From assembly GCA_965197475.1 (NCBI GenBank), contig CBDANF010000002.1:832001-896000 (forward strand): 64,000 nucleotides of DNA, given 5' to 3'. Source of the DNA: Candidatus Poribacteria bacterium (GTDB lineage: Bacteria > Poribacteria > WGA-4E > WGA-3G). Shown in pieces: positions 8,915-17,789 of the stretch; position 1 is the first letter of the stretch, and the number at the start of each line of letters is the position of its first letter. The translations under genes and the position numbers were made by a program. Under the pieces are notes generated by a model that was given only the letters and a program-made list of their open reading frames with translations, was not told the origin of the DNA and ran no database searches.

Positions 8915-10341
8915 AGTAATTTAGATGCAACCTCTGCTGCGGTTTCAATCAAGCGTTGCTGCTCTGTTTCATAAAGTGTGCGGACATCAAACCATAATTG
9001 ATCATCTTCAATCCGACCAATGATAGGAGTGCTTCCACGTCTAAAATGCTCGGAGAGTTTTTCGGCAGAAATCGTTTGTGGTGCAAGCACAACAGCAATG
9101 CTTGGCAATGTCTCAACCGGCAGGGACCCACTTCCAATTTGCGACTGCGTTTGGGATACCTCAACCGAAACTATTTTTCCGAAAATCACTTTGAGTCTAT
9201 CAGCAATTTGTTCTGCAGTAATGTGTAATTCATCAATAGACCGAGTGTAGCGGTGAAGCATTGGGAATTGTTCTGTGATTGTGTCTTGAGTGAGGTAAGC
9301 CTGTAAGGTCGCCGACAATGCTGCGATGGTCAGTTTATCAACGCGTAGTGCGCGCATCAACGGATTCCTTCGAATCTGCTGAATCCACTCAGATTTCCCA
9401 ACAATGATGCCCGCCTGCGGTCCTCCTAACAATTTGTCACCGCTAAAAGTGACAATGTCAACCCCACAAGCAATTCTATCGGCAACAACGGGTTCGTGAG
9501 GAAGTCCATATTGTGATAGATCAATTAGTGCGCCACTACCTAAATCTTCCATCGTTGGAATGCTATGTTCAGCACCAAGTTCTGTTAATTCCTGCATATC
9601 AGGTGTTGTGCTAAAACCAACAATCTTATAATTACTTGGATGCACTTTTAATATAAGTGCCGTATTTTCGTTAATTGCTTCAGCATAATCACGGAGATGC
9701 GTCCGATTTGTCGTTCCTACCTCTCTGAGAATAGCCCCACTGGATGCCATCACGTCAGGGATTCGAAAGGCACCGCCGATTTCAATTAGTTCCCCGCGTG
9801 ATACGATGACCTCTCTATCTTTAGCAAGGGTTTGCAATGTAATTAACACCGCGGCAGCATTGTTATTGACAACAGTTGACGCTTCACAGTCTGTTAATTG
9901 TTGAAGGAGCGGCTCGGTAATGCGGTCACGGTGTCCTCGCTTCCCTGTTTCTAAGTCATATTCCAGGTTAACATAATTCTGTGCGGCATTTTGAAGGCTT
10001 TCACATGCAGATGGAGCTAATAAAGATCGACCAAGATTTGTATGCGTTACAGTTCCAGTTACATTAACGACTGCGCGGAGTTTCGGACAGGTTCTCTCAT
10101 CAATGAGTTGGTGGACTAACCTCGCGTATCCTTCTGGTTCGGGTAATTTTAGTTCAGTGTTTCCATTTAGAATTTGGCTTCGGAAATCTGAAACAATTAA
10201 CCGCAGAGCATTTGTTACCAATGTCCGTGAAAAAGATGCTTGCAGTTCCTGCATCTCCGGTAGCGATAAGAGTTTTTCAATCGCGGGGAGCTGTTGTAGT
10301 GCGTTCTTATAGTTGGTTTGTTCACATGTTTTTGTTGTCAA
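8911..10341 (-). CDS. selA: L-seryl-tRNA(Sec) selenium transferase
   Basis: 'NVTGTVTHTNLGRS', 'VVNNNAAAV', 'SRGELIEIGGAFRIPDVM', 'EVGTTNRTH', PLP lysine in 'FSGDKLLGGPQAG'. Confidence 0.95.
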   Translation of the reverse strand: MTTKTCEQTNYKNALQQLPAIEKLLSLPEMQELQASFSRTLVTNALRLIVSDFRSQILNGNTELKLPEPEGYARLVHQLIDERTCPKLRAVVNVTGTVTHTNLGRSLLAPSACESLQNAAQNYVNLEYDLETGKRGHRDRITEPLLQQLTDCEASTVVNNNAAAVLITLQTLAKDREVIVSRGELIEIGGAFRIPDVMASSGAILREVGTTNRTHLRDYAEAINENTALILKVHPSNYKIVGFSTTPDMQELTELGAEHSIPTMEDLGSGALIDLSQYGLPHEPVVADRIACGVDIVTFSGDKLLGGPQAGIIVGKSEWIQQIRRNPLMRALRVDKLTIAALSATLQAYLTQDTITEQFPMLHRYTRSIDELHITAEQIADRLKVIFGKIVSVEVSQTQSQIGSGSLPVETLPSIAVVLAPQTISAEKLSEHFRRGSTPIIGRIEDDQLWFDVRTLYETEQQRLIETAAEVASKLL

Positions 10342-10452
10342 CTTCTTTTCCCAATGTAAAAATAGTGTTCCATATATGTTCGTATGGAGATAAATTCTAT
10401 CAAATTAGTCTTCAAATGTCAATCTAAAGTGTGAAAGATTCAGTATGGCAAT

Positions 10453-10481
10453 TTGACAACGCGGTTTTTGTATGGTATAAT
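10453..10481 (+). promoter_or_regulatory. consensus sigma70 promoter of the higB-TPR operon
   Basis: TTGACA (10453-10458), 17-bp spacer, TATAAT (10476-10481), preceded by TGG (extended -10). Confidence 0.8.
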
Positions 10482-10811
10482 GGTTAGAATTAATTGATCT
10501 GATATAACTACCCAAGGAGCGGACACTCTCTGTAATTACCTGATGCGTATCACCGGACGAAGAAAACTGGAAGAATTTGCAAAAAGACATTCAACTGCCA
10601 GACAACGACTTCAGCGGTGGTATGAGTTGATGGAGGACGGGACTTTTGAGTCTATTGTTGATTTGCGTGATACGTTTCTTCAAGCAGATCCAGTTCGAGT
10701 ACGTCCAGGAAAGTTAAGTCATCCAGGGGAAAGAACAACATTGACAGTTTTCAACATTGGTAGAAATGTACGTCTTATCGCATTTATCAATTATAGAATA
10801 CAAGAAGTTTC

Positions 10812-11797
10812 CGCTCATGTCAAGAGTAAGTGCTTTTGACGAGTTTTGCTATAAAATCAACACTGACAGCTTTTAGATTCATGACGAACTCACAGATTGC
10901 GACGTAACCGGCGAGGAACTTTTTATGAACGCCACGAAAGGGACGAAGGAAGTTTCGCAGCGTCGTCCAGGCACCTTCAATCGTCCTTGTATGGATCTCG
11001 TAAAGACCATCACCGTCTGCGTCTCTTGCCCACTCGCCATCCTTATGGAGAACAATCTCACGGGCGCGCTGAATACGGTTATAGCCACGCCAACCATCCG
11101 TATACACCGTTGAAGTCGGCAACGTCCACTGATGAACGTGTGTTGAAAGCGTCGCAGAATCGGTGTGCCGCACAACACGTAATCTCAGGAGACCGCTTTC
11201 GCGACCTTTCGTCCCAACAATAGGCGGACGATCATTGTCATAAGTCCCATGTCCCCTGCGTTTATTGCCACGCCGACGCGGCGGATCCGAAGCATCAACG
11301 TGCTTATCGCCTTTTTCACCGGCGTTTTGAAACATCTCATCTGTTTCGACTTCAGCATCAGGTAAAGCAGCTTCGGGTTGTATCTGCTCTGCCGAAGTTT
11401 GGAGTTTACGTCTTATAGAAAGAACGGTTTGACGACTTAGACCCAATTCACGCCCGAGTTGTGCACTTGAAACACCTTGACAGACACCGCGCAAAAGCAG
11501 AACGACCTGTGAGGGACGAAACTGCGTGCCAGCAAAGACCGTCCCGGTATAGAGGTTGTAGATGCTCTCACAGTGTTTGCAGCGATACACTTGTAGACCA
11601 CTTGTTTCAGTCGGACGGAACTTGCGTGCCTCCGCCACGCTCGCTTGGCATTTTGGGCAACACAGCCCTTGAAGGTGGAAATGATCCAACACCCACGCTT
11701 GAGTTTTTTCTTCATCCATGAGAGATTGTATTGGAAAGTCCATAGGTAACACTCTAACATAACTTTGAAAAAATAGCACTTACTTTTTACATGAGCC
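10812..11797 (-). mobile_element. IS1595-family insertion sequence (986 bp)
   Basis: Imperfect TIRs CGCTCATGTCAAGAGTAAGTGCT / AGCACTTACTTTTTACATGAGCC; 8-bp TSD GAAGTTTC at 10804-10811 and 11798-11805. Confidence 0.92.
10820..11743 (-). CDS. IS1595-family transposase
   Basis: Zn ribbon CPKC..CKHC, HTH, 'VETDEM', 'VYTDGWRGY', 'TIEGAW...FRGVHKKFL..YV'; likely start MDFPIQ. Confidence 0.9.
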   Translation of the reverse strand: MDFPIQSLMDEEKTQAWVLDHFHLQGLCCPKCQASVAEARKFRPTETSGLQVYRCKHCESIYNLYTGTVFAGTQFRPSQVVLLLRGVCQGVSSAQLGRELGLSRQTVLSIRRKLQTSAEQIQPEAALPDAEVETDEMFQNAGEKGDKHVDASDPPRRRGNKRRGHGTYDNDRPPIVGTKGRESGLLRLRVVRHTDSATLSTHVHQWTLPTSTVYTDGWRGYNRIQRAREIVLHKDGEWARDADGDGLYEIHTRTIEGAWTTLRNFLRPFRGVHKKFLAGYVAICEFVMNLKAVSVDFIAKLVKSTYS

Positions 11798-11863
11798 GAA
11801 GTTTCTATTAGACACGTGATCACGCACGAAGAATATGATAAAGGCAGCTGGAAGAGGTAAACT

Positions 11864-13456
11864 ATGTTGATGGAAACACAATCTACATTCAATGCATCGT
11901 CAATGCTAAGGAATTTGGGATCAGATTTCGCACCCTCCGATGTAATTCGGAGCAGCTCTCAATTGTTCGCGAGTTCTGAACCAATTCAAATTCAGACACA
12001 CATTCACCAACCCTTTTCGGTTGTGACCACAACTTACCCTGAAAGTGCCTATCAATGGTTAGTAGAGGTGTTAGATGGATTAATTGATTTTGGGAATCGA
12101 CACGGACACTTCGGTGTCATCAATTTGACAGAAGACGAATATCAGTGGCTTGATGAGATATTAGAAGAATTAATCTATTCCGTTGGTGAGAATGAAAATC
12201 ACATATTAGCACCATTGATGGAATTTGTTATTCGTCTCATTAGCAGCTATGAGGATGCTTATGTTCCGAAACTGACAAATCAGTTTTCAAAGTTGGCAGA
12301 AGAAGGAACAATTAAAACCGGAACTGAAGATGAACTCGCTGCGCATTCCTTCTTCTCAATTGGTTATCTTCTTTGTCAAGGGAAACAAACAGAAAAAGCA
12401 CTTTCTGCTTATGATAAGGCAATTGCACTGAAACCTAATTTTTGGATAGCTTATAACAATAGAGGTGGCTTACTGCAGGAACTTTGCCAATACGATGAAG
12501 CGATTTCTGACTTGGGAAAAGCAATCAGTTTTGCTCCTGATTTTGCCGAACTTTACGTTAACAGAGGTTGTGCAAAAGGCAAATCTGGTCAAGATAAATC
12601 TGCTAAAAACCGGCTTGGCAAATATCAAGCTGCTATTGCCGATTTTGATAAGGCAATCAAGTTAGGACTTAACTCTGCTAATGCTTACTACAACCGTGCT
12701 CTTGCAAATAACTCGCTAGATAAACATGATGTTGTTATAACCGACTGCAACAAGGCAATTCAGATAAATCCAGCTTTTGTGAAAGCCTATAATCTGCGAG
12801 GATATTCACACGGTGTTCTTGGGCAACCAACTGATGCATTATCGGATTTTAACCATGTGATTCGTTTGGATCCTGAAAATGCAAAAGGTCATTTTTTTCG
12901 AGGAAAAGCAAATAAAGAACTTAGCAAATATATTGATGCTCTTGCGGACTATGATAAAGCAATTAATCTTGATCTAAATAATGCGGACGCATATTATGAT
13001 AGAGGATATGTATATGCTCAGCTTGAAAAATACGAAGATGCTCTTGCGGATTTTGATGAAGCAATCCGTCTCAACTCGAATCATGCTGAAGCATACAATT
13101 TCCGAGGATTGGTGAAAGTTATGCTTGAGCAGTATGAAGATGCTCTTGCGGATTTTGATGAAACAATCTGTCTCAGTCCGGACTATGCAAAAGCATACGA
13201 TAGTCGAGGAATGTTGAAAACTATACTTAAGCAGTATGAAGATGCTCTTGCGGATTATACTGAGGCTATTCGCATAAAACCTGATTTTACAGAAGCCTAT
13301 GCTCATCGTGCTGCTATAATGGCGGATTTAGGAAACGTTGAAGAAGCTAGAAATAATCTCAAAATTGCTTTGGAACTTGCAGAACAGCAAGGACAAGAAG
13401 ATCTCAAAGCCATTATTGAGGAGCAGCTCCAAGAACTCAACAATTCAACACCGTAG
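11864..13456 (+). CDS. TPR-repeat protein with HigA-like N-terminal region
   Basis: About 10 TPRs (e.g. AYYDRG...YEDALADFDEAIRL); aa ~50-135 'EDEYQWLDEILEELIYSVGENENHILAPLMEFVIRLISSYE..YVP' resembles the HigA N-terminus; ATG lies 3 nt after the restored higB stop. Confidence 0.8.
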   Translation: MLMETQSTFNASSMLRNLGSDFAPSDVIRSSSQLFASSEPIQIQTHIHQPFSVVTTTYPESAYQWLVEVLDGLIDFGNRHGHFGVINLTEDEYQWLDEILEELIYSVGENENHILAPLMEFVIRLISSYEDAYVPKLTNQFSKLAEEGTIKTGTEDELAAHSFFSIGYLLCQGKQTEKALSAYDKAIALKPNFWIAYNNRGGLLQELCQYDEAISDLGKAISFAPDFAELYVNRGCAKGKSGQDKSAKNRLGKYQAAIADFDKAIKLGLNSANAYYNRALANNSLDKHDVVITDCNKAIQINPAFVKAYNLRGYSHGVLGQPTDALSDFNHVIRLDPENAKGHFFRGKANKELSKYIDALADYDKAINLDLNNADAYYDRGYVYAQLEKYEDALADFDEAIRLNSNHAEAYNFRGLVKVMLEQYEDALADFDETICLSPDYAKAYDSRGMLKTILKQYEDALADYTEAIRIKPDFTEAYAHRAAIMADLGNVEEARNNLKIALELAEQQGQEDLKAIIEEQLQELNNSTP

Positions 13457-13524
13457 GGTCGTGAAAACTGAACCATAATCTACAAATTAAATAGAGGAAA
13501 GGGGAGGAAAATCCAAAGATAATT

Positions 13525-13980
13525 ATGACATATAAAGTTTTAGCAACCCTTATTGCTTTAATCTGTTTCGGCTGCGGTGCTGATACGGATATTGATACAG
13601 AAATTCCGCGTATTCTTGACACGCGGGTTGTCCAAATCCGTGAAGCCCCAAATCCACGCCAGTTGGATATTGATTTTGAGGTGATTTTCTCATCAGCACC
13701 TGTTAATTTAACAGTTGATTGTGGAAATTCTGCATTTCTTGACTGGGAACAACACAGTAATGTTGTTTCACTATATTTCAGAACTACTAAATTTAGGTGT
13801 GCCAGCACTCCTGCGGAACCGATCCCATGTTCGCCTGAAACTTTACGGACAATTAGGGAAAACCCACAAGGTGTGCTTGAGAGAACCTATAAATGCACAT
13901 TTGTTTGGGATACGGGACGGCAACATGTATCGTTGAAAGCAGTCCTACCCATAGAATTGGCTATCTATACACCTGAGTGA
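13525..13980 (+). CDS. hypothetical lipoprotein
   Basis: Purine-rich RBS region upstream, hydrophobic N-terminus with lipobox CFGC. Confidence 0.6.
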   Translation: MTYKVLATLIALICFGCGADTDIDTEIPRILDTRVVQIREAPNPRQLDIDFEVIFSSAPVNLTVDCGNSAFLDWEQHSNVVSLYFRTTKFRCASTPAEPIPCSPETLRTIRENPQGVLERTYKCTFVWDTGRQHVSLKAVLPIELAIYTPE

Positions 13981-14049
13981 TAAATATTATACATATCTGT
14001 CAGAACATGTATAATTTTCTTGATTTTTTATACATATAGGGAAACACCC

Positions 14050-14273
14050 CCGCTGAATGCGCGTGTGACATTCAGCGGGGGTGTGTAAAGTTTTGGTTAC
14101 TGTCCGTAGGGGCGGGGTCTCCCCGCCCGAACAGAAGTTTTACGTGGGCGAGGAAACCTCGCCCCTACAATGTCCACAGTTCCTAACGTCAGGCAATCTT
14201 TGATAGAAACTTTACATACTTCTTTTTATATCAGGGTTTCTACAAAAACTTTACACACCCATTCAGCGGTTTT
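14050..14273 (+). terminator. rho-independent terminator-like hairpin disrupted by a MITE
   Basis: CCGCTGAATG...CATTCAGCGG stem (14050-14078); the TTTT tract now lies after the duplicated ATTCAGCGG at 14261-14273. Confidence 0.5.
14079..14260. mobile_element. MITE carrying a GTAG REP pair
   Basis: TIR GGGTGTGTAAAGTTTT / AAAACTTTACACACCC; 9-bp TSD ATTCAGCGG (14070-14078, 14261-14269); internal GTAGGGGCGGGGTCTCCCCGCCC...GGGCGAGGAAACCTCGCCCCTAC. Confidence 0.85.
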
Positions 14274-14438
14274 CTGTTGCAAATTTTTGCAAAATTTTAT
14301 ACACTATTTTACTATTAGAGTCGATAGATTAACTGGTGATATTCGACAAATTGTACCTTATGCTCCGTTTGCACAGGAAAAACTTGACCCTTTCACACTT
14401 ATGGCAGAGTCATACACCTCGTCAACAAGAGTATCTCT

Positions 14439-15827
14439 ATGGAATATATGAACAGAAAAACCGATAAACCGAACGTTTTCTTTATCATGTCAGATCAGCA
14501 TCGATACGACTATCTGGAAACAGATGAGAATGCCCCGGATGCCCTCAACACCCCAAACTTACGCAGATTAGCAGAAATGGGTGTAAATTTCCCAAACTGC
14601 ACTGTGAATGCACCTGTCTGTGCACCATCCCGGATTGGTTTAGCATCTGGAATACACCCCTCGCGTTTGGGATCCCTGGGTAATGGTAGTTTTTATCCAA
14701 CATCCGTTCCAACATATTATCAGCAGCTCCGAGACCATGGGTATCGCGTTGGGTGTGTGGGCAAACTTGACCTTGCAAAACCGGATGGATATAATGGACG
14801 ATACGGCGACCGCCCCCGCACTTACAACTGGGGATTCACGCATCCTGAAGAATGCGAAGGCAAGATGCATGCTGGCGGCTCCGCAACGCCTATTGGACCC
14901 TATACACATTATCTACAAGAGAAAGGATTGTTAGAGAAATTTCATCAAGATTACCGGAACCGACGTTCTTCTGGTGGTTGGATAAAAAACGGGTCGTATG
15001 ATTCTGTGCTTCCGACTGAGGATTTTGAGGATTCATATATCGGCAAACGCTCAACCAAATTTATTGAAAATATACCGGATGACTTTCCGTGGCACTTGTT
15101 CGTTAGTTTCGTGGGACCGCACGATCCGTTTGATCCGCCGACTGAATATAGTGATAAATACCGAAATGCAGATATGCCAGGTGCTATTGTGGATAACATG
15201 GAAGGAAAACCGGAATGGGTGAAAAAACGCACTGTCAATATTACACCCAAAGAAATTGCTGTTACGCGACAACAGTACTGTGCTGCAACAGAACTGATTG
15301 ACGACCAGATTGGTAATATGTTGCGTGCGTTGGAAGAACGCGGCATGCTTGAAAATACCTATATTATCTATTCAAGCGACCATGGGGAAATGCTTGGTGA
15401 CCATGGGCTTTACACAAAAAGTTTGGCTTATGAGGCATCACTACGAGTCCCGCTTATCGTAGCAGGACCGGGAATAGAAGGTAATCGTGTCTCAAATGAG
15501 TTGGTAGAACTCATTGATGTCAATCCTACAATTTGCGATTTGGTGGGAGTACCAGTTTTAGAAAATATTGACGGACAATCAATCGGACCAGTGGTACGGG
15601 GAGAAACTGAAACCCATCGTTCAGAAACGGTCAGTCGACTGGGAAACTTCACTTGCATTCGGACACATACACATAAACTAATAGAAAGCAGTGATGGATT
15701 CGTGGAATTGTATAATCTTGAAGAGGATCCGGACGAATTACACAATATCGCTGAATCCGAAAAGAAGCTTGTTGAAGAATTACGTTCACTGATGGAAAGT
15801 CGTTATGGACCAAGTCTTGTTGATTAG
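14439..15827 (+). CDS. sulfatase (choline-sulfatase-like S1 family)
   Basis: 'KPNVFFIMSDQHRYD', CAPSR FGly motif, 'GPHDP', 'SDHGEMLGDHG..K'. Confidence 0.92.
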   Translation: MEYMNRKTDKPNVFFIMSDQHRYDYLETDENAPDALNTPNLRRLAEMGVNFPNCTVNAPVCAPSRIGLASGIHPSRLGSLGNGSFYPTSVPTYYQQLRDHGYRVGCVGKLDLAKPDGYNGRYGDRPRTYNWGFTHPEECEGKMHAGGSATPIGPYTHYLQEKGLLEKFHQDYRNRRSSGGWIKNGSYDSVLPTEDFEDSYIGKRSTKFIENIPDDFPWHLFVSFVGPHDPFDPPTEYSDKYRNADMPGAIVDNMEGKPEWVKKRTVNITPKEIAVTRQQYCAATELIDDQIGNMLRALEERGMLENTYIIYSSDHGEMLGDHGLYTKSLAYEASLRVPLIVAGPGIEGNRVSNELVELIDVNPTICDLVGVPVLENIDGQSIGPVVRGETETHRSETVSRLGNFTCIRTHTHKLIESSDGFVELYNLEEDPDELHNIAESEKKLVEELRSLMESRYGPSLVD

Positions 15828-15843
15828 AATTGAGAAGAAATAG

Positions 15844-16476
15844 ATGGTAACAGGCGTTATCTTGGCAGGTGGAAAGAGTCGGCGGATGGGGCAAAATAAG
15901 GCACTGCTACGACTCGGCAACGAAACGCTCATCGGTCATGTTATCCGCCGTATACAATCCATCACAGATGAACTCCTGCTAATCACAAACAGTCCTGATG
16001 AATATACACATCTTGATGTTGTGATGCACAGTGATATTATCCCGAATGCAGGCGCGTTAGGGGGTATTCACGCAGGTCTAAACTATGCTTCGCAGGAAAC
16101 AGTGATCTGTGTTGGCTGTGATAATCCCTTTTTAGAGCAAAATTTGCTCATCTATCACGTCTCTGTTTTAGGTGAACATGATGCTGTGATGCCCTATACT
16201 TACAAAGAGCTTTCCTCTGACAACAAGGATGTGCAAATTACCCTCCAAACATTGTGTGCCGTGTATTCTAAACGTTGCTTGCCGATTATTGAACAGATGC
16301 TGAATGAACATGACTTGCGCGTCCACGCGCTACAAGAACGCGCAAATGTCCTTACCCTCGCTCCAGAAATTTGGAAAACGTTTGATTCTGAAGGACACTC
16401 GTTTTTTAACGTCAACACGCCAGAAGATTTTGAAAAGGCACAAGTTATCTACGATACTTTGCACAAATTGGTATAA
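15844..16476 (+). CDS. mobA: molybdenum cofactor guanylyltransferase
   Basis: 'GVILAGGKSRRMGQNKALL', 'GALGGIHAGL', 'CDNPF', 'FFNVNTPED'. Confidence 0.88.
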   Translation: MVTGVILAGGKSRRMGQNKALLRLGNETLIGHVIRRIQSITDELLLITNSPDEYTHLDVVMHSDIIPNAGALGGIHAGLNYASQETVICVGCDNPFLEQNLLIYHVSVLGEHDAVMPYTYKELSSDNKDVQITLQTLCAVYSKRCLPIIEQMLNEHDLRVHALQERANVLTLAPEIWKTFDSEGHSFFNVNTPEDFEKAQVIYDTLHKLV

Positions 16477-16529
16477 AGATCGTAATTTTCAACTTTTTTC
16501 GTTTCAAAATTATTCTATTCACCAAAATA

Positions 16530-17685
16530 ATACCATTTCTGAATAATTATATTCCATTTGCGACTTTCGTGAAATATTTAAAATTTGTGATTTGAGCAAT
16601 AGCTGCCTTCGTATACTTTCTCAAGATTTGTGTGATTTTGTCCTGCATTTCCTCTATTGACCCCAATGTGTGCTGAAACAATTTGGCTTTGATGTCTTGC
16701 CAGAGTCTTTCGATCGGGTTCAACTCTGGACTATAAGGGGGTAGAAAAATCAAGGCGATATTGTCAGGAAGTTGTAGCGATTTCGCCTGATGAAAACGAC
16801 CATTATCAAGCACAAGGACATTTAGCGTCTTTGGAAAAGTCTTTGCTAACTCATCAATGCATACTTGGAAACAGACACCATTGAGCCAGGGCATTTCAAG
16901 GAAGAAACTTTCTCCTGTTATCGGTTCCACAGCTCCGTATAGATAAAGGCTCTGGTAAGTGTGATCAACATTGGCAATCGGTTTAACACCCCGTAAAGTG
17001 GGACGCCGAGACGACACAGGCAAAAGACCACACCTTGACTCGTCTTGGCAAAAAAGTCGGACGCTTTGAAAAGAAGATGCCTTCTCCGAAATCACCTCCT
17101 CAACTTTGGTAGCGAAGTTAGCAACGAACGCATCACACGCTACATCGTTTTTTTTATGACTTTTGCGAGGCACTTTGAGTTTCGCATTCCATTTATACCG
17201 AACTAACGCATGAACTGTTTTATAGTGCATTTTGACACCGAAGGTTTCTTCAATATAATCTGTTATCTGTTGATAACTGGAAAAACCTTCTGGTTTTTGA
17301 AGTTCCGCTCGCAGCAGCTCTTGTTGTTCTTTGGATAACCGAGGGGGACGCCCCGGGGAATAATCACGATCCAAAAGCGCATCAAGTCCTTCAGTCTCAT
17401 AAGTCGCTATCCAGTGTCCAATCGTTTTTCGGCTGCCACCTAACCTCTCAGCGACTTGCTTGCGAGTTATTGCTTGACCACTACGAAATAGGTAAAGGGC
17501 TGTCAATCTTTGCTTTTGATAACCTACTGATGTCTTTCTCAACAAGCTTTTCAACTCTGAAACACTTTCTGTAATCTGTGGAGGCTTTATGTGCATTGGT
17601 ATCAATCCTATGATTTGTATAATTGGAAAAAGTGTAGCAGAAATTGAAAACTTTTAAAAGGATAAATATATACAAGAAATGGTAT
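16530..17685 (-). mobile_element. IS630-family insertion sequence
   Basis: TIRs ATACCATTTCT / AGAAATGGTAT flanked by TA at 16528-16529 and 17686-17687. Confidence 0.88.
16547..17605 (-). CDS. IS630-family transposase (single in-frame ORF)
   Basis: HTH N-terminus, 'QDESR', 'LDNGRFH', 'FLPPYSPELNPIERLW'. Confidence 0.92.
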   Translation of the reverse strand: MIPMHIKPPQITESVSELKSLLRKTSVGYQKQRLTALYLFRSGQAITRKQVAERLGGSRKTIGHWIATYETEGLDALLDRDYSPGRPPRLSKEQQELLRAELQKPEGFSSYQQITDYIEETFGVKMHYKTVHALVRYKWNAKLKVPRKSHKKNDVACDAFVANFATKVEEVISEKASSFQSVRLFCQDESRCGLLPVSSRRPTLRGVKPIANVDHTYQSLYLYGAVEPITGESFFLEMPWLNGVCFQVCIDELAKTFPKTLNVLVLDNGRFHQAKSLQLPDNIALIFLPPYSPELNPIERLWQDIKAKLFQHTLGSIEEMQDKITQILRKYTKAAIAQITNFKYFTKVANGI

Positions 17686-17789
17686 TATCTACCGTATAAC
17701 CACATAATTCTTGGTTGACGGTTTATCTGTTATCTGATAAATTGGAGATACGGTATTCTATTTAAATTGCTGAAATAAAAACGCAACAA

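Larger units (their letters stand above)
10543..11860 (+). pseudogene. higB: HigB-family (RelE-fold) toxin gene split by IS1595
   Basis: 5' part 'MRITGRRKLEEF..RH...LQRWY...DLRDTF.QAD.V...TVFNIGRNVRLI'; removing the IS and one TSD restores the frame '...IQEVSIRHVITHEEYDKGSWKR*' with stop at 11858-11860, the typical HigB C-terminus. Confidence 0.88.

Noticed and set aside
10342-10542. tRNA-Sec (selC) next to selA
   Set aside because: AT-rich promoter DNA with no cloverleaf or T-loop motif.
11437-11892. 151-aa minus-strand ORF across the IS end
   Set aside because: Alternate-frame shadow spanning the IS boundary; the shared 'SAHVKSKC' peptide simply reflects the TIR.
14170-14451. 93-aa ORF upstream of the sulfatase
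   Set aside because: It starts inside the MITE and crosses its end; no protein-like features.
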